UHGV virus genome: UHGV-0193172
DNA: 10,937 bases
DNA from: a virus
Reading direction: 5' to 3' (one strand)
Shown here: piece by piece, positions 1-7,382 of the stretch
How the letters are laid out: the number at the start of each line of letters is the position of its first letter
Position numbering within the stretch: the stretch's first letter is position 1
Notes under the pieces: generated by a model
Seen by the model: only the letters and a program-made list of their open reading frames with translations
The model's database searches: none
What the model was told of the DNA's origin: nothing
Translations under genes and position numbers: made by a program

Positions 1-1
1 G

Positions 2-154
2 AAAATCTTCTGAACGACGGAAAATAAGACCGAAGGCATCATTGAAAATTCGCAGCGCATTCACCGTGCCAATTTTCAGCTCTCCGGTCATTTTATCGCC
101 GGAACGCTGAACGGCGTTACCAGCCTTGTTTACTGTTTCCTGCAAACCGAGGTT
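2..154 (-). CDS. Partial tail-fibre variable (C-terminal) exon, silent copy inside the invertible segment; 5' end at the crossover site, 3' end cut by the window start
   Basis: Minus-strand frame is open from 154 to the window edge (NLGLQETVNKAGNAVQRSGDKMTGELKIGTVNALRIFNDAFGLIFRRSEDF...). It begins immediately inside the gix-like site, with a TAA (155-157, minus) in the outer half-site, as expected for the non-expressed orientation of a Mu-G/P2-type invertible tail-fibre segment. Not in the ORF track because it is truncated. Confidence 0.45.
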
Positions 155-162
155 TTAGATAA
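137..162. other. DNA-invertase crossover site (gix/hix/pix-like 26-bp imperfect dyad)
   Basis: TTCCTGCAAACCGAGGTTTTAGATAA matches my recollection of the Gin gix site (TTCCTGTAAACCGAGGTTTTGGATAA) at 24 of 26 positions; it lies about 55 bp upstream of the invertase start, the usual position of the invertase-proximal site. Confidence 0.7.
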
Positions 163-216
163 TGGCCGTTTCCGGCCTGCATGGCATGATTTGCGCTTTT
201 GGACGGGAGATTCAGT

Positions 217-816
217 GTGCTGATTGGTTATGTAAGGGTATCAACAAATGACCAGAATACAGACCTGCAACGAAACGCTCTTGTTTGCGCAGGATGTGAA
301 CAAATATTTGAAGATAAATTAAGCGGGACAAAGACAGACCGACCGGGATTAAAACGCGCTTTAAAGCGGCTTCAAAAAGGTGACACGCTGGTTGTCTGGA
401 AACTGGATCGCCTCGGGCGAAGCATGAAACATCTGATTTCTCTCGTCGGGGAACTACGGGAGCGAGGGATTAATTTTCGCAGTCTGACCGACAGCATAGA
501 TACATCTTCTCCAATGGGGCGTTTTTTCTTCCACGTTATGGGTGCCCTGGCTGAAATGGAACGTGAATTAATTGTTGAACGTACACTGGCCGGACTGGCG
601 GCAGCGCGCGCACGGGGGCGCACAGGCGGACGTCGCCCGAAGCTGACAAAAGAACAGCATGAGCAAATAGCAAGGCTGATCAAAAACGGTCATGACAGGA
701 AACAACTGGCGATCATTTACGACATCGGCATATCGACGATTTATCGTTATCACCCTGTAGGCGATATACAGGCTGAAGAAACAACCAGGCAGACTCAGGA
801 AAATGAAAACCGCTAA
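217..816 (+). CDS. pin: Serine-recombinase DNA invertase, Pin/Gin/Hin/Cin family
   Basis: ORF track 199..816; the product from the GTG at 217 (read as MLIGYVRVSTNDQNTDLQRNAL...DTLVVWKLDRLGRS...SLTDSIDTSSPMGRFFFHVMGALAEMERELIVERT...) is near-identical to my recollection of E. coli Pin and closely related to Hin/Gin. GGGAGA Shine-Dalgarno 7 nt upstream of GTG 217. Start codon choice (GTG 217 vs TTG 199) is uncertain. Confidence 0.9.
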   Translation: MLIGYVRVSTNDQNTDLQRNALVCAGCEQIFEDKLSGTKTDRPGLKRALKRLQKGDTLVVWKLDRLGRSMKHLISLVGELRERGINFRSLTDSIDTSSPMGRFFFHVMGALAEMERELIVERTLAGLAAARARGRTGGRRPKLTKEQHEQIARLIKNGHDRKQLAIIYDIGISTIYRYHPVGDIQAEETTRQTQENENR

Positions 817-835
817 TCTGACCATTAGCGGTTTT
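806..835. terminator. Bidirectional hairpin terminator between convergent pin and the T-U ORF
   Basis: 12-bp stem AAAACCGCTAAT / ATTAGCGGTTTT (806-817 / 824-835) with a 6-nt loop; A/T runs on both sides; overlaps the pin stop codon (814-816) and sits 8 bp from the T-U stop (843-845). Confidence 0.5.
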
Positions 836-842
836 GCGTTAA

Positions 843-1322
843 TCAAAACAGCCCTTTAACGGAGCTGGCCGCGCTGTTAAGGGATGATGTGACCTTATCT
901 TTGAAGCCGGACAGCATATCACTGAACGATGAGGATTGCAGGCGCTCCCGCAAATCCTCATCACAGCGTTCAAGAGTCAGTGAAAATTCTATCTTTTTCG
1001 CCTTACCGTAGCGATCAAACTCGGAGCGGGTCGTATTCGTTTCAGTCAGTACATACATGCCGTAAATCTGCCCGACACCATCAATCAGAGGCCAGGGGCG
1101 TCCTGTATATGCCTGCGTGGTCAGCAGCGAAAGCGACACTTCGCCACCTGTAATTTCAGGATAAAGCACGCCAGAAAGCACGATGCGATCATCACCTGCA
1201 CCGATATACTGCCAGCTTGCTGAGCGGTTACTGACCTGCGCAATCTTCCGCTCCTGCCACTCCCCACGAACAGCAAGTGCGCGGGGCAGGTTCTTAAAGA
1301 CAATATCGCCGGGGCCAATACG
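843..1322 (-). other. gpU-like tail protein domain (P2 U family) with no start codon of its own in this frame
   Basis: C-terminal 159 aa (RIGPGDIVFKNLPRALAVRGEWQERK...LSGVLYPEITGGEVSL...WPLIDGVGQIYGMYVLTE...KIEFSLTLERCDEDL) match my recollection of P2 gpU (…LAGVLYPELTGG…WPLLDG.GMIYGMYV…). The domain begins directly after an A7 tract at the junction (1323-1329). Confidence 0.6.
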
Positions 1323-3737
1323 TTTTTTTGTCTCATCAACCAGCTTACCTGTGTTATCAGCAATTTTGCTGAGTCTGCGTAGCGTGCCGGTATTGCTGTC
1401 TGTGAGCGGTTTGTTGTCTTTGGGTTTATCGCCTCCGGTGCCATTGCCATTTTCCGCAGACTTCGGCGGATTGATTTTCGCAATGTCTCCCTGAAACAGA
1501 GCAACCTTGTCCTGAAGAATGGCCGCACGCTGTGCGTCTTCGATTTTCTTTCTCGCCCTTTCCGCTTCATCCGGAAGCACACCGAGTTTTTCAAGTATCC
1601 ACGCCAGCGTATCCAGCAACATTTTTGCAGGCGTCAGAACAAGCTGTAGCGCGCCACCAAGAACGTTACCGAATATCTCGCCAGCACTGGTACATTTATC
1701 CAGCGTTTCCTTGCTGGACTCCATCGGTGACAGCAGCGATTTAAACCAGTTAAACACCTGGCTGATCCCGCTTCCGATTGCGTCAAAAACAGGACCAAAC
1801 CGTTCAAAGGTTTCGCGCAACGGGGTCAGCCTTTCCATAATCCCGCTGAACACCCCGGCAAAAAATGCCCTGATGGGATCCCAGTATTTCCAGATAAGAA
1901 CGGCAGCTCCGGCAAGCGCAGCCACGATAAGACCAACCGGACTGAACAACGCCCCGATAGCGCCTCCCAGTAAAGAAACGGAACCCGTCACCATTCCCCA
2001 TAGTGCTGGCAGAACCCTGACAGCATTCATTGATCCGGTCAGGAGGGAAAAACCAAGACGCAGTTTTGCCAGCGGGCCAGCAAGCACACCAATAGCCAGC
2101 GACAACGAGCCAACCGTTGCAGTCATTGCCAGCAGTGCACCGCCTGCAATCAGTAGCTGGCGCGTCAGTGCGGGATGGGCCTGCGCCAGCGCCGTCACCT
2201 TTGATACCACACGCGTGAGCCACTGCGTGACAGAACGCAGCGGACCATCAATCAGATCTGCAATGCGGATGCGCAACCCTTCCCATGCACTGCTGAGTGA
2301 TTTCAAATCGCCGTCAAGGTTGTTGGCCATAACCTTTGCCGTGCGTTCAGCCTCACCGCGCGCGCCTTCAAGTTCTTTTCTCAGTTTGGGTAAGGAGCCG
2401 TCACCTGCCGCATCAACGAGGGCCATAAATGATGTGAAAGCCTCTTCTCCGGCAATGTCCTTAAAGAACGATACCCGGTCAACTTCCCCGTATTTGCGGG
2501 TAGCTTTATAAAGGTCAGCCAGCACATCCTCCATCGGGCGCATTTTGCCCCCGGCATCCGAGACAGACACGCCAAGCTCTTTCAGCGCCTCTGCTGCCGC
2601 CTTTGGCGGTGATGCCAGACGAGCCAGGCTGGCACGCATTGCCGTACCAGCATCACTCCCCCTGATACCCATATTCGCCAGCACGCCCGCCATCGCTGCG
2701 GCCTGCTCCAGCGATATTCCCAGCTTACCCGCCACCGGACCTGCATATTTCATGGTTTCACCCAGTGCGCGAAGGTCAGTGTTGGTACGGGTAAACGCTG
2801 CGGTGAGTGTGTCGCCGACCCGGTCCATCTGGTCAGCAGAAAGACCGAACTGCGTCAGAATATTTGAGCCAATATCCGCCGTCTCACCGAGGTCCATACC
2901 GCCAGCCGTTGCCATGCTCAGTACGCCAGGGAGCGCAGCCTGAATGGCCTGTGGTGTGAAGCCAGCCATTGCAAGAAATGCCTGCCCACTGGCGGCATCG
3001 CCTGCGGTGAACTGCGTTTCAGAGCCAAGTTTTAACGCCTGCTCACGCAGCGCCTTAAACTGCGGGCTGTTTTTGTCGATTCGCGTCAGTGCCTGAACGC
3101 GGGACATCTCTTTCCCGAACCCGATCGCAGGCTGCAAAAAACGCCCGGCAGCATAGCCGCCCGCCGCTGCCGCACCAATTGCCAGCGCACCACCTGTTTT
3201 CAGTTTTCCCGCTGTTTCCTGCGCGCGCGAATACCGCTCACGCGCCTGCGTTACACGCGCAAGCGCCTGCCGTTCGCGTTCAAGCTGGTTGTTGTACTGT
3301 TCGGTGCGTCTGATGGCCTGCTGGATGGTGTTATCGCTGCCTGTCAGGGAAATGCCGTGGCGTTTCAGCTCTCCGCCAATCTCCCGCATTTTCTGAATTT
3401 CCCGTGTGCGCGATTCATTCAGGCGTTCAAGCCGGGTGCTTAACTGCTGCATCAGCTTTTGTTGTTTTTCGCTGAGCACTGTACCCGTGCGTTGTAACTG
3501 ATTAAGGGCGTTAAGCTGGCGTCGTGCTTTCACGATACCCGCATCCGCTTTACTGACAGCGTCGCGGGCGCGCTCAAATGAACGCGCCTGACGCTCGAGA
3601 TTTTTGATCGCCCCCTGCGTTCGCTGGATGGAGTCACCAAACTGCCCCATCAGGCGGCGGGCGTTTTCGGCAGGCCGGGTCAGCCTGTCAACGGCGCTGA
3701 AAGCGACCCGGATATCAAGAGTCTTCATTGTCTGCAT
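843..3737 (-). CDS. Phage tail tape-measure protein (P2 gpT-like) continuing in frame into a gpU-like tail domain (T-U fusion ORF)
   Basis: ORF track 843..3764, 973 aa. Long helical, Ala/Gly-rich protein with hydrophobic glycine-zipper-like stretches typical of tape-measure proteins; it lies immediately downstream of the E/E' chaperone pair and its start overlaps the E' end. Start is probably ATG 3737 or 3728 (GTG 3764 also possible). The last ~159 aa resemble gpU (see next feature). Confidence 0.8.
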   Translation of the reverse strand: MQTMKTLDIRVAFSAVDRLTRPAENARRLMGQFGDSIQRTQGAIKNLERQARSFERARDAVSKADAGIVKARRQLNALNQLQRTGTVLSEKQQKLMQQLSTRLERLNESRTREIQKMREIGGELKRHGISLTGSDNTIQQAIRRTEQYNNQLERERQALARVTQARERYSRAQETAGKLKTGGALAIGAAAAGGYAAGRFLQPAIGFGKEMSRVQALTRIDKNSPQFKALREQALKLGSETQFTAGDAASGQAFLAMAGFTPQAIQAALPGVLSMATAGGMDLGETADIGSNILTQFGLSADQMDRVGDTLTAAFTRTNTDLRALGETMKYAGPVAGKLGISLEQAAAMAGVLANMGIRGSDAGTAMRASLARLASPPKAAAEALKELGVSVSDAGGKMRPMEDVLADLYKATRKYGEVDRVSFFKDIAGEEAFTSFMALVDAAGDGSLPKLRKELEGARGEAERTAKVMANNLDGDLKSLSSAWEGLRIRIADLIDGPLRSVTQWLTRVVSKVTALAQAHPALTRQLLIAGGALLAMTATVGSLSLAIGVLAGPLAKLRLGFSLLTGSMNAVRVLPALWGMVTGSVSLLGGAIGALFSPVGLIVAALAGAAVLIWKYWDPIRAFFAGVFSGIMERLTPLRETFERFGPVFDAIGSGISQVFNWFKSLLSPMESSKETLDKCTSAGEIFGNVLGGALQLVLTPAKMLLDTLAWILEKLGVLPDEAERARKKIEDAQRAAILQDKVALFQGDIAKINPPKSAENGNGTGGDKPKDNKPLTDSNTGTLRRLSKIADNTGKLVDETKKRIGPGDIVFKNLPRALAVRGEWQERKIAQVSNRSASWQYIGAGDDRIVLSGVLYPEITGGEVSLSLLTTQAYTGRPWPLIDGVGQIYGMYVLTETNTTRSEFDRYGKAKKIEFSLTLERCDEDLRERLQSSSFSDMLSGFKDKVTSSLNSAASSVKGLF

Positions 3738-4244
3738 TCCCGCTGCGAAGTGCCGCCCGCTCACGCCAGCTAACCACTTCGCCGGGCGTCATCATGAAGA
3801 TTTCGGCGGGCGACCAGTTAAAAATAACGGCAATATCTGCCACAAAGTCTTCTATGTGCTCAAAGCACACAACCGTGATCAGGCTTCCGTCGCCTGTTCG
3901 TTCTTCCCGCCAGAGTCCGCACCGCTCAAAAAATTTACGGCAACCACACATAACTGAATAAAGTCACGGGATGCCATTTTTTTGATCGTCACTTCATCCA
4001 GTCGCGGTGATGTCACGCGTGACAGCAGCGTAAACATGGATTCCGCTTTCAGATTCAGCACATCAGACAGCGACAAATCTCGCAGAGATCCAGCCTGCTC
4101 AATAGCCCCGGTGATCTCCACATACGTGATTTTTTCGCCGCCTCGCTCAATTGGTTGGGTAAGTTTTACGCCACGCTCACTGGTTTCTTTCACAGTGTCA
4201 GCAACTACCGTGTTTTCGGTATCGATGTTTTTCGTCTCTTTCAT
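3715..4244 (-). CDS. E+E' -1 programmed-frameshift tail chaperone product (shift at 3927-3933, about 176 aa)
   Basis: Minus-strand T_TTT_TTG (plus-strand CAAAAAA, 3927-3933) is in the X_XXY_YYZ register of the E frame (codons AAT TTT TTG). The -1 frame is open from there to the TGA at 3715-3717 (the track's 3715..3951 ORF), ending inside the start of T. This is the conserved arrangement in P2 E/E' and lambda G/GT. Confidence 0.65.
3879..4244 (-). CDS. Tail assembly chaperone gpE-like (upstream product of the E/E' pair)
   Basis: ORF track 121 aa; AAAGGAG Shine-Dalgarno 7 nt upstream of ATG 4244; lies between the tail tube and tape-measure genes and contains an in-register T_TTT_TTG slippery heptamer near its 3' end. 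Confidence 0.75.
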   Translation of the reverse strand: MKETKNIDTENTVVADTVKETSERGVKLTQPIERGGEKITYVEITGAIEQAGSLRDLSLSDVLNLKAESMFTLLSRVTSPRLDEVTIKKMASRDFIQLCVVAVNFLSGADSGGKNEQATEA

Positions 4245-4298
4245 CAGGAAACTCCTTTCAGTCAGAGGCGACGCACTGCGCCGCCTGCATATTACTTA

Positions 4299-4811
4299 TC
4301 AGCCAAGCCCAAGCGCGGAACGGATGCGATCGGGCACAATGTCCTTGCCGTCCTTCCGGTAAATGAAGTTCAGCAGGTCAATCTCCCACAGCGGGCGATC
4401 GTTAACGCTCAGCTTGTAGTAGGTGTTTTTAATGGCGTAAGAGTGTGATGTGGCTTCGCCCTGTTTGGCTTCCCCCATATCAATTTCCGTCACACGTCCG
4501 CGCATTTCGACTTCATACAGGTCGCTTTCTGCATCGGTGTAGTATTCACCCGCAAAACGCAGCAGCGTGCCGTCAATCGTGCCGCCATACTTAAGGAACA
4601 GCTCACGAACTGCGCCCCCCATGACAAAGCTCGCATCAAGCGCGGAGTCGTCCAGACCGAGATCAATACTTACCGCACCCATCATGCCACCACCCCGGTA
4701 GCTGTCGGTTTTGCGCGTCAGCTTAGGCAGAGTGACGGACGTCACCTTACCCACTTCGTTTTCACCATCCACAAACAGCGTAAAAAAGCGAAGATGTTTT
4801 GGCACAGCCAT
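4299..4811 (-). CDS. Contractile tail tube protein (P2 gpFII-like)
   Basis: 170 aa, MAVPKHLRFFTLFVDGE...LPKLTRKTDSYRGGGMMGAVSIDLGLDD...YYKLSV...EIDLLNF resembles P2 FII; GGGAGGTG Shine-Dalgarno upstream; start overlaps the FI stop (TGATG at 4809-4813). Confidence 0.85.
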   Translation of the reverse strand: MAVPKHLRFFTLFVDGENEVGKVTSVTLPKLTRKTDSYRGGGMMGAVSIDLGLDDSALDASFVMGGAVRELFLKYGGTIDGTLLRFAGEYYTDAESDLYEVEMRGRVTEIDMGEAKQGEATSHSYAIKNTYYKLSVNDRPLWEIDLLNFIYRKDGKDIVPDRIRSALGLG

Positions 4812-5995
4812 CAGGCACCTCCCAGCACCGAAAATGCGGGTTCAAAGTATTCATCAGTAAACGTCTGGTAAAGCTCCATATCTTCCAGCGGGGGAACAGG
4901 CGTATATTTGTAGCGAATACGCACACGCCCCTGACGTAAATCCGTGGTGCTGTTATCCACCACGTCATACCAGCACTCCGCGCCAATCAGTTTCCCGGCA
5001 GTAACCAGTGAATCCAGTTTTGCCCTGATGGCACTGATAACATCCTTCACGTTCGCAGGCGTCAGTGGACTGTCGATGGTTTCAAACTGCGCTTCCGCAA
5101 TTGAATCAGCCAACACCTGTGCGGTTCGGGTATACACCTCAAAGATGTAGGCGTTCGTTTCCGGTGTGCGGTTGCCCCAGAAGCGGAACCCGTTGCGACG
5201 AATAATGGTCGTGATTTCTTTGTTGTTGAGGCTGTTGGCATCGCTGTCTTCGGCCTGCAACGACCAGAACACATGCCTCGACATCCCCAGCACATTTTTA
5301 ACCGGAACGTTGGACAGTGATTTGTGCCAGCCCTGCTCATGGTCAATGTACGCACGAAGGCCGCACGCATAGGCAGGCGCGGGGAACGTTTCGTTTTTGC
5401 CACTTTTCGGGTTGTAGGCGATGAAGTCCGGCCATAAGAGCATCACCTCACGTTCGTTGAATTTCTGGCGATAGGTAATCGCCTCAGCCATCGTGTTACA
5501 GCCGTGACATGAGGCATACACAAACGCGCGCAGTTTACCTGCAATCACGCACAGGGATTTTGTTACAGCCTCCGTGTCCAGCTCCGGCGCGGCCAGAATA
5601 CGCGGACGGTATCCGATGCTTTCATCCTGCTCTGCAACAAGCAGCGCATACATCCCCGTATAGCTGCCGTCATCCTCAGAACCACCGATAACCAGTTGAT
5701 CCTGCGTCTTTCCGTCTTCTTCTTTGTGTTCAGCCACGCGAACGACGATCACCTTTGTGCTCACCTGGTCTGAGATGGCCTTAAGCGCACGATAAAGCGT
5801 CCCCGTTGTTCCGCATTTTCCCAGCACGTCATTGACGCGGGTCAGCAGTGTGGGCTTGTTCAGCGGGAACAGCTTCGCGTCCGCATCATCCGCCGTTGCC
5901 ACGATACCGATAACGCTGGAATCAACATCGTTAATCGCTGTTACCAGGTCGGTATTTTCCGTAACACGGGCACCATGAAAACGAGTTTCACTCAT
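4811..5995 (-). CDS. Contractile tail sheath protein (P2 gpFI-like)
   Basis: 394 aa, size and sequence character of P2 FI sheath; AAGGGG Shine-Dalgarno before ATG 5995; immediately upstream of the tube gene with a 1-nt stop/start overlap. Confidence 0.85.
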   Translation of the reverse strand: MSETRFHGARVTENTDLVTAINDVDSSVIGIVATADDADAKLFPLNKPTLLTRVNDVLGKCGTTGTLYRALKAISDQVSTKVIVVRVAEHKEEDGKTQDQLVIGGSEDDGSYTGMYALLVAEQDESIGYRPRILAAPELDTEAVTKSLCVIAGKLRAFVYASCHGCNTMAEAITYRQKFNEREVMLLWPDFIAYNPKSGKNETFPAPAYACGLRAYIDHEQGWHKSLSNVPVKNVLGMSRHVFWSLQAEDSDANSLNNKEITTIIRRNGFRFWGNRTPETNAYIFEVYTRTAQVLADSIAEAQFETIDSPLTPANVKDVISAIRAKLDSLVTAGKLIGAECWYDVVDNSTTDLRQGRVRIRYKYTPVPPLEDMELYQTFTDEYFEPAFSVLGGA

Positions 5996-6152
5996 AGCTT
6001 CAGCCCCTTGTATCCGTTAAATGATTCAGCAACAATCATCACCCACCACGCGCGTAATCTCACCCCTGCGCTATTCTCCCGCCACGGCGACAACAAAAAG
6101 CAGTAACCCCCTCCGCACGCACATGCGACCATGCCGCACAGGGAGGGAACAG

Positions 6153-7262
6153 ATGACCGACACCACCATGCAATTGCTCAGTCAGGGCACAGCCCCCGTG
6201 AAAATGCCGGATTTTGATATTCTCGCGGAGGGTAAAACGCTGTCAGGCGTGGCAGAGCGCCTGATGAGCCTGTCACTGACCGACAACCGGGGATTTGAGG
6301 CGGACCAGCTCACCATCACGCTGGATGATGCGGATGGTCAGTTGCAGCTACCGCCACGGGGCGCGCGCCTGACGGTTCTCATTGGCTGGAAAGGAGAACC
6401 GCTGACAGAAAAAGGCACTTACATTGTTGATGAAATCGCTCACGAAGGACCGCCGGACAGGCTGACTGTTTCAGCCAGAAGCGCAGATTTTCGGGATGAA
6501 TTTAACGTTAAACGTGAGGTGTCCTGGCATGATGTGACCGTTGAGCGTGTGGTATCCGCCATCGCTCATCGGTATGGTCTGAAACCGCAAATCAGCGAAA
6601 TGCTGATGGATATCGAAATCGACCACGCCGACCAGACCGAAGAAAGCGACATGTCCTTCCTTACGCGCATGGCGGAAATGCTGGGCGCAATCACCACGGT
6701 AAAAAGCGGCAATCTGTTATTCATCATGCCAGGTGGTGGCGTGAACGCGCAGGGCCAGCCGTTGCCCTCGTTCGCCATTACACGCAGCAGCGGCGATCGC
6801 CATCAGTTCCGCATTGCTGACCGCGAGGCGTATACGGGGGTACGCGCTTACTGGCTTGATCTTAATTACGGGAAAAAGAAAAAAGTCAGCGTGAAACGCC
6901 GCAAACCGCCAAAACCCAAAAAGGAGAAAAGCAGCAGCCGTGAAGGTGATTATATGGAAGGCGCGGAAGGCAATGTGTTTGTGTTACGCAAGACTTATCA
7001 GAACGAGCAGGCAGCAAGACGCGCAGCGGCGGCAAAGTGGCAGCAGCTACAACGCGGAGCTGCATCATTCTCCATCACGCTGGCGCGTGGACGTGCGGAA
7101 CTCTACCCCGAAATGCATGGCACGGTGACAGGCTTCAAAAGTGACATCGACAATCAGGACTGGATTATTGCAAAAGCCGAGCACACCATTGATAACAGCG
7201 GCTTTACCACGCAGCTTGAGCTTGAAGCAAAAATCCCGGAATGGATAGCAGAAACAGAGTGA
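6153..7262 (+). CDS. Phage late control gene D protein (P2 gpD-like tail/baseplate hub protein)
   Basis: ORF track 6021..7262; the part from MTDTTMQLLSQGTAPVKMPDFDIL... with SLTDNRGFEADQL, RSADFRDEF, SWHD, a lysine-rich KKKKVSVKRRKPPKPKKEK stretch and GFTTQLELE matches my recollection of the gpD family. Preferred start is ATG 6153 with a GGGAGGG Shine-Dalgarno 5 nt upstream; ATG 6021 lacks one and would put the promoter inside FI. Confidence 0.85.
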   Translation: MTDTTMQLLSQGTAPVKMPDFDILAEGKTLSGVAERLMSLSLTDNRGFEADQLTITLDDADGQLQLPPRGARLTVLIGWKGEPLTEKGTYIVDEIAHEGPPDRLTVSARSADFRDEFNVKREVSWHDVTVERVVSAIAHRYGLKPQISEMLMDIEIDHADQTEESDMSFLTRMAEMLGAITTVKSGNLLFIMPGGGVNAQGQPLPSFAITRSSGDRHQFRIADREAYTGVRAYWLDLNYGKKKKVSVKRRKPPKPKKEKSSSREGDYMEGAEGNVFVLRKTYQNEQAARRAAAAKWQQLQRGAASFSITLARGRAELYPEMHGTVTGFKSDIDNQDWIIAKAEHTIDNSGFTTQLELEAKIPEWIAETE

Positions 7263-7328
7263 GCAACTTAGATATATTAGCTCAGACTTAAGCTGGCAAG
7301 TTTACAGTATAGAATTAAACATAAACGA

Positions 7329-7360
7329 CGGTCCGCTCCGTGCCAGAAGCGGACTTTGTC
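7329..7360. terminator. Bidirectional hairpin terminator between convergent gpD and the AT-rich cargo gene
   Basis: Stem GTCCGCT / AGCGGAC (7331-7337 / 7348-7354) followed by TTTG on the plus strand and a T-rich run on the minus strand; 69 bp after the D stop and 23 bp after the cargo-gene stop. Confidence 0.5.
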
Positions 7361-7382
7361 ATCCCCATGTAAGGTTGATTGC

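Noticed and set aside
372-846. Minus-strand ORFs 372..683 and 568..846 inside and antisense to pin
   Set aside because: Arg-rich antisense translations of a well-supported invertase gene; no independent support.
1121-1594. 157-aa minus-strand ORF overlapping the T/U junction
   Set aside because: It is the +1 frame of the T-U ORF. Its only significance is that it contains the ATG (1334-1336) that would start U if the A tract were one base longer; not an independent gene.
1519-2511. 330-aa plus-strand ORF (and 1532..1744, 2545..2943, 3089..3313) antisense to the tape-measure gene
   Set aside because: Ser/Pro/Ala-rich low-complexity translations with no Shine-Dalgarno, wholly inside the long GC-rich tape-measure gene on the opposite strand; typical antisense open frames.
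3977-3983. A7 homopolymer (minus strand) inside gene E as a possible frameshift site
   Set aside because: In the E frame the run is AAA AAA A, not the X_XXY_YYZ register; the in-register T_TTT_TTG at 3927-3933 explains E' instead.
4944-5691. Short ORFs inside the sheath gene (4944..5150 plus, 5062..5403 minus, 5166..5372 plus, 5509..5691 plus) and inside D (6566..6778, 6886..7068, 6940..7128)
   Set aside because: All are embedded in well-supported genes in other frames or on the opposite strand, without ribosome-binding sites.
6021-6152. N-terminal 44-codon extension of the gpD ORF from ATG 6021
   Set aside because: No Shine-Dalgarno, low-complexity translation, and it would start only 25 bp from the divergent FI start; ATG 6153 with a GGGAGGG Shine-Dalgarno is the better start.
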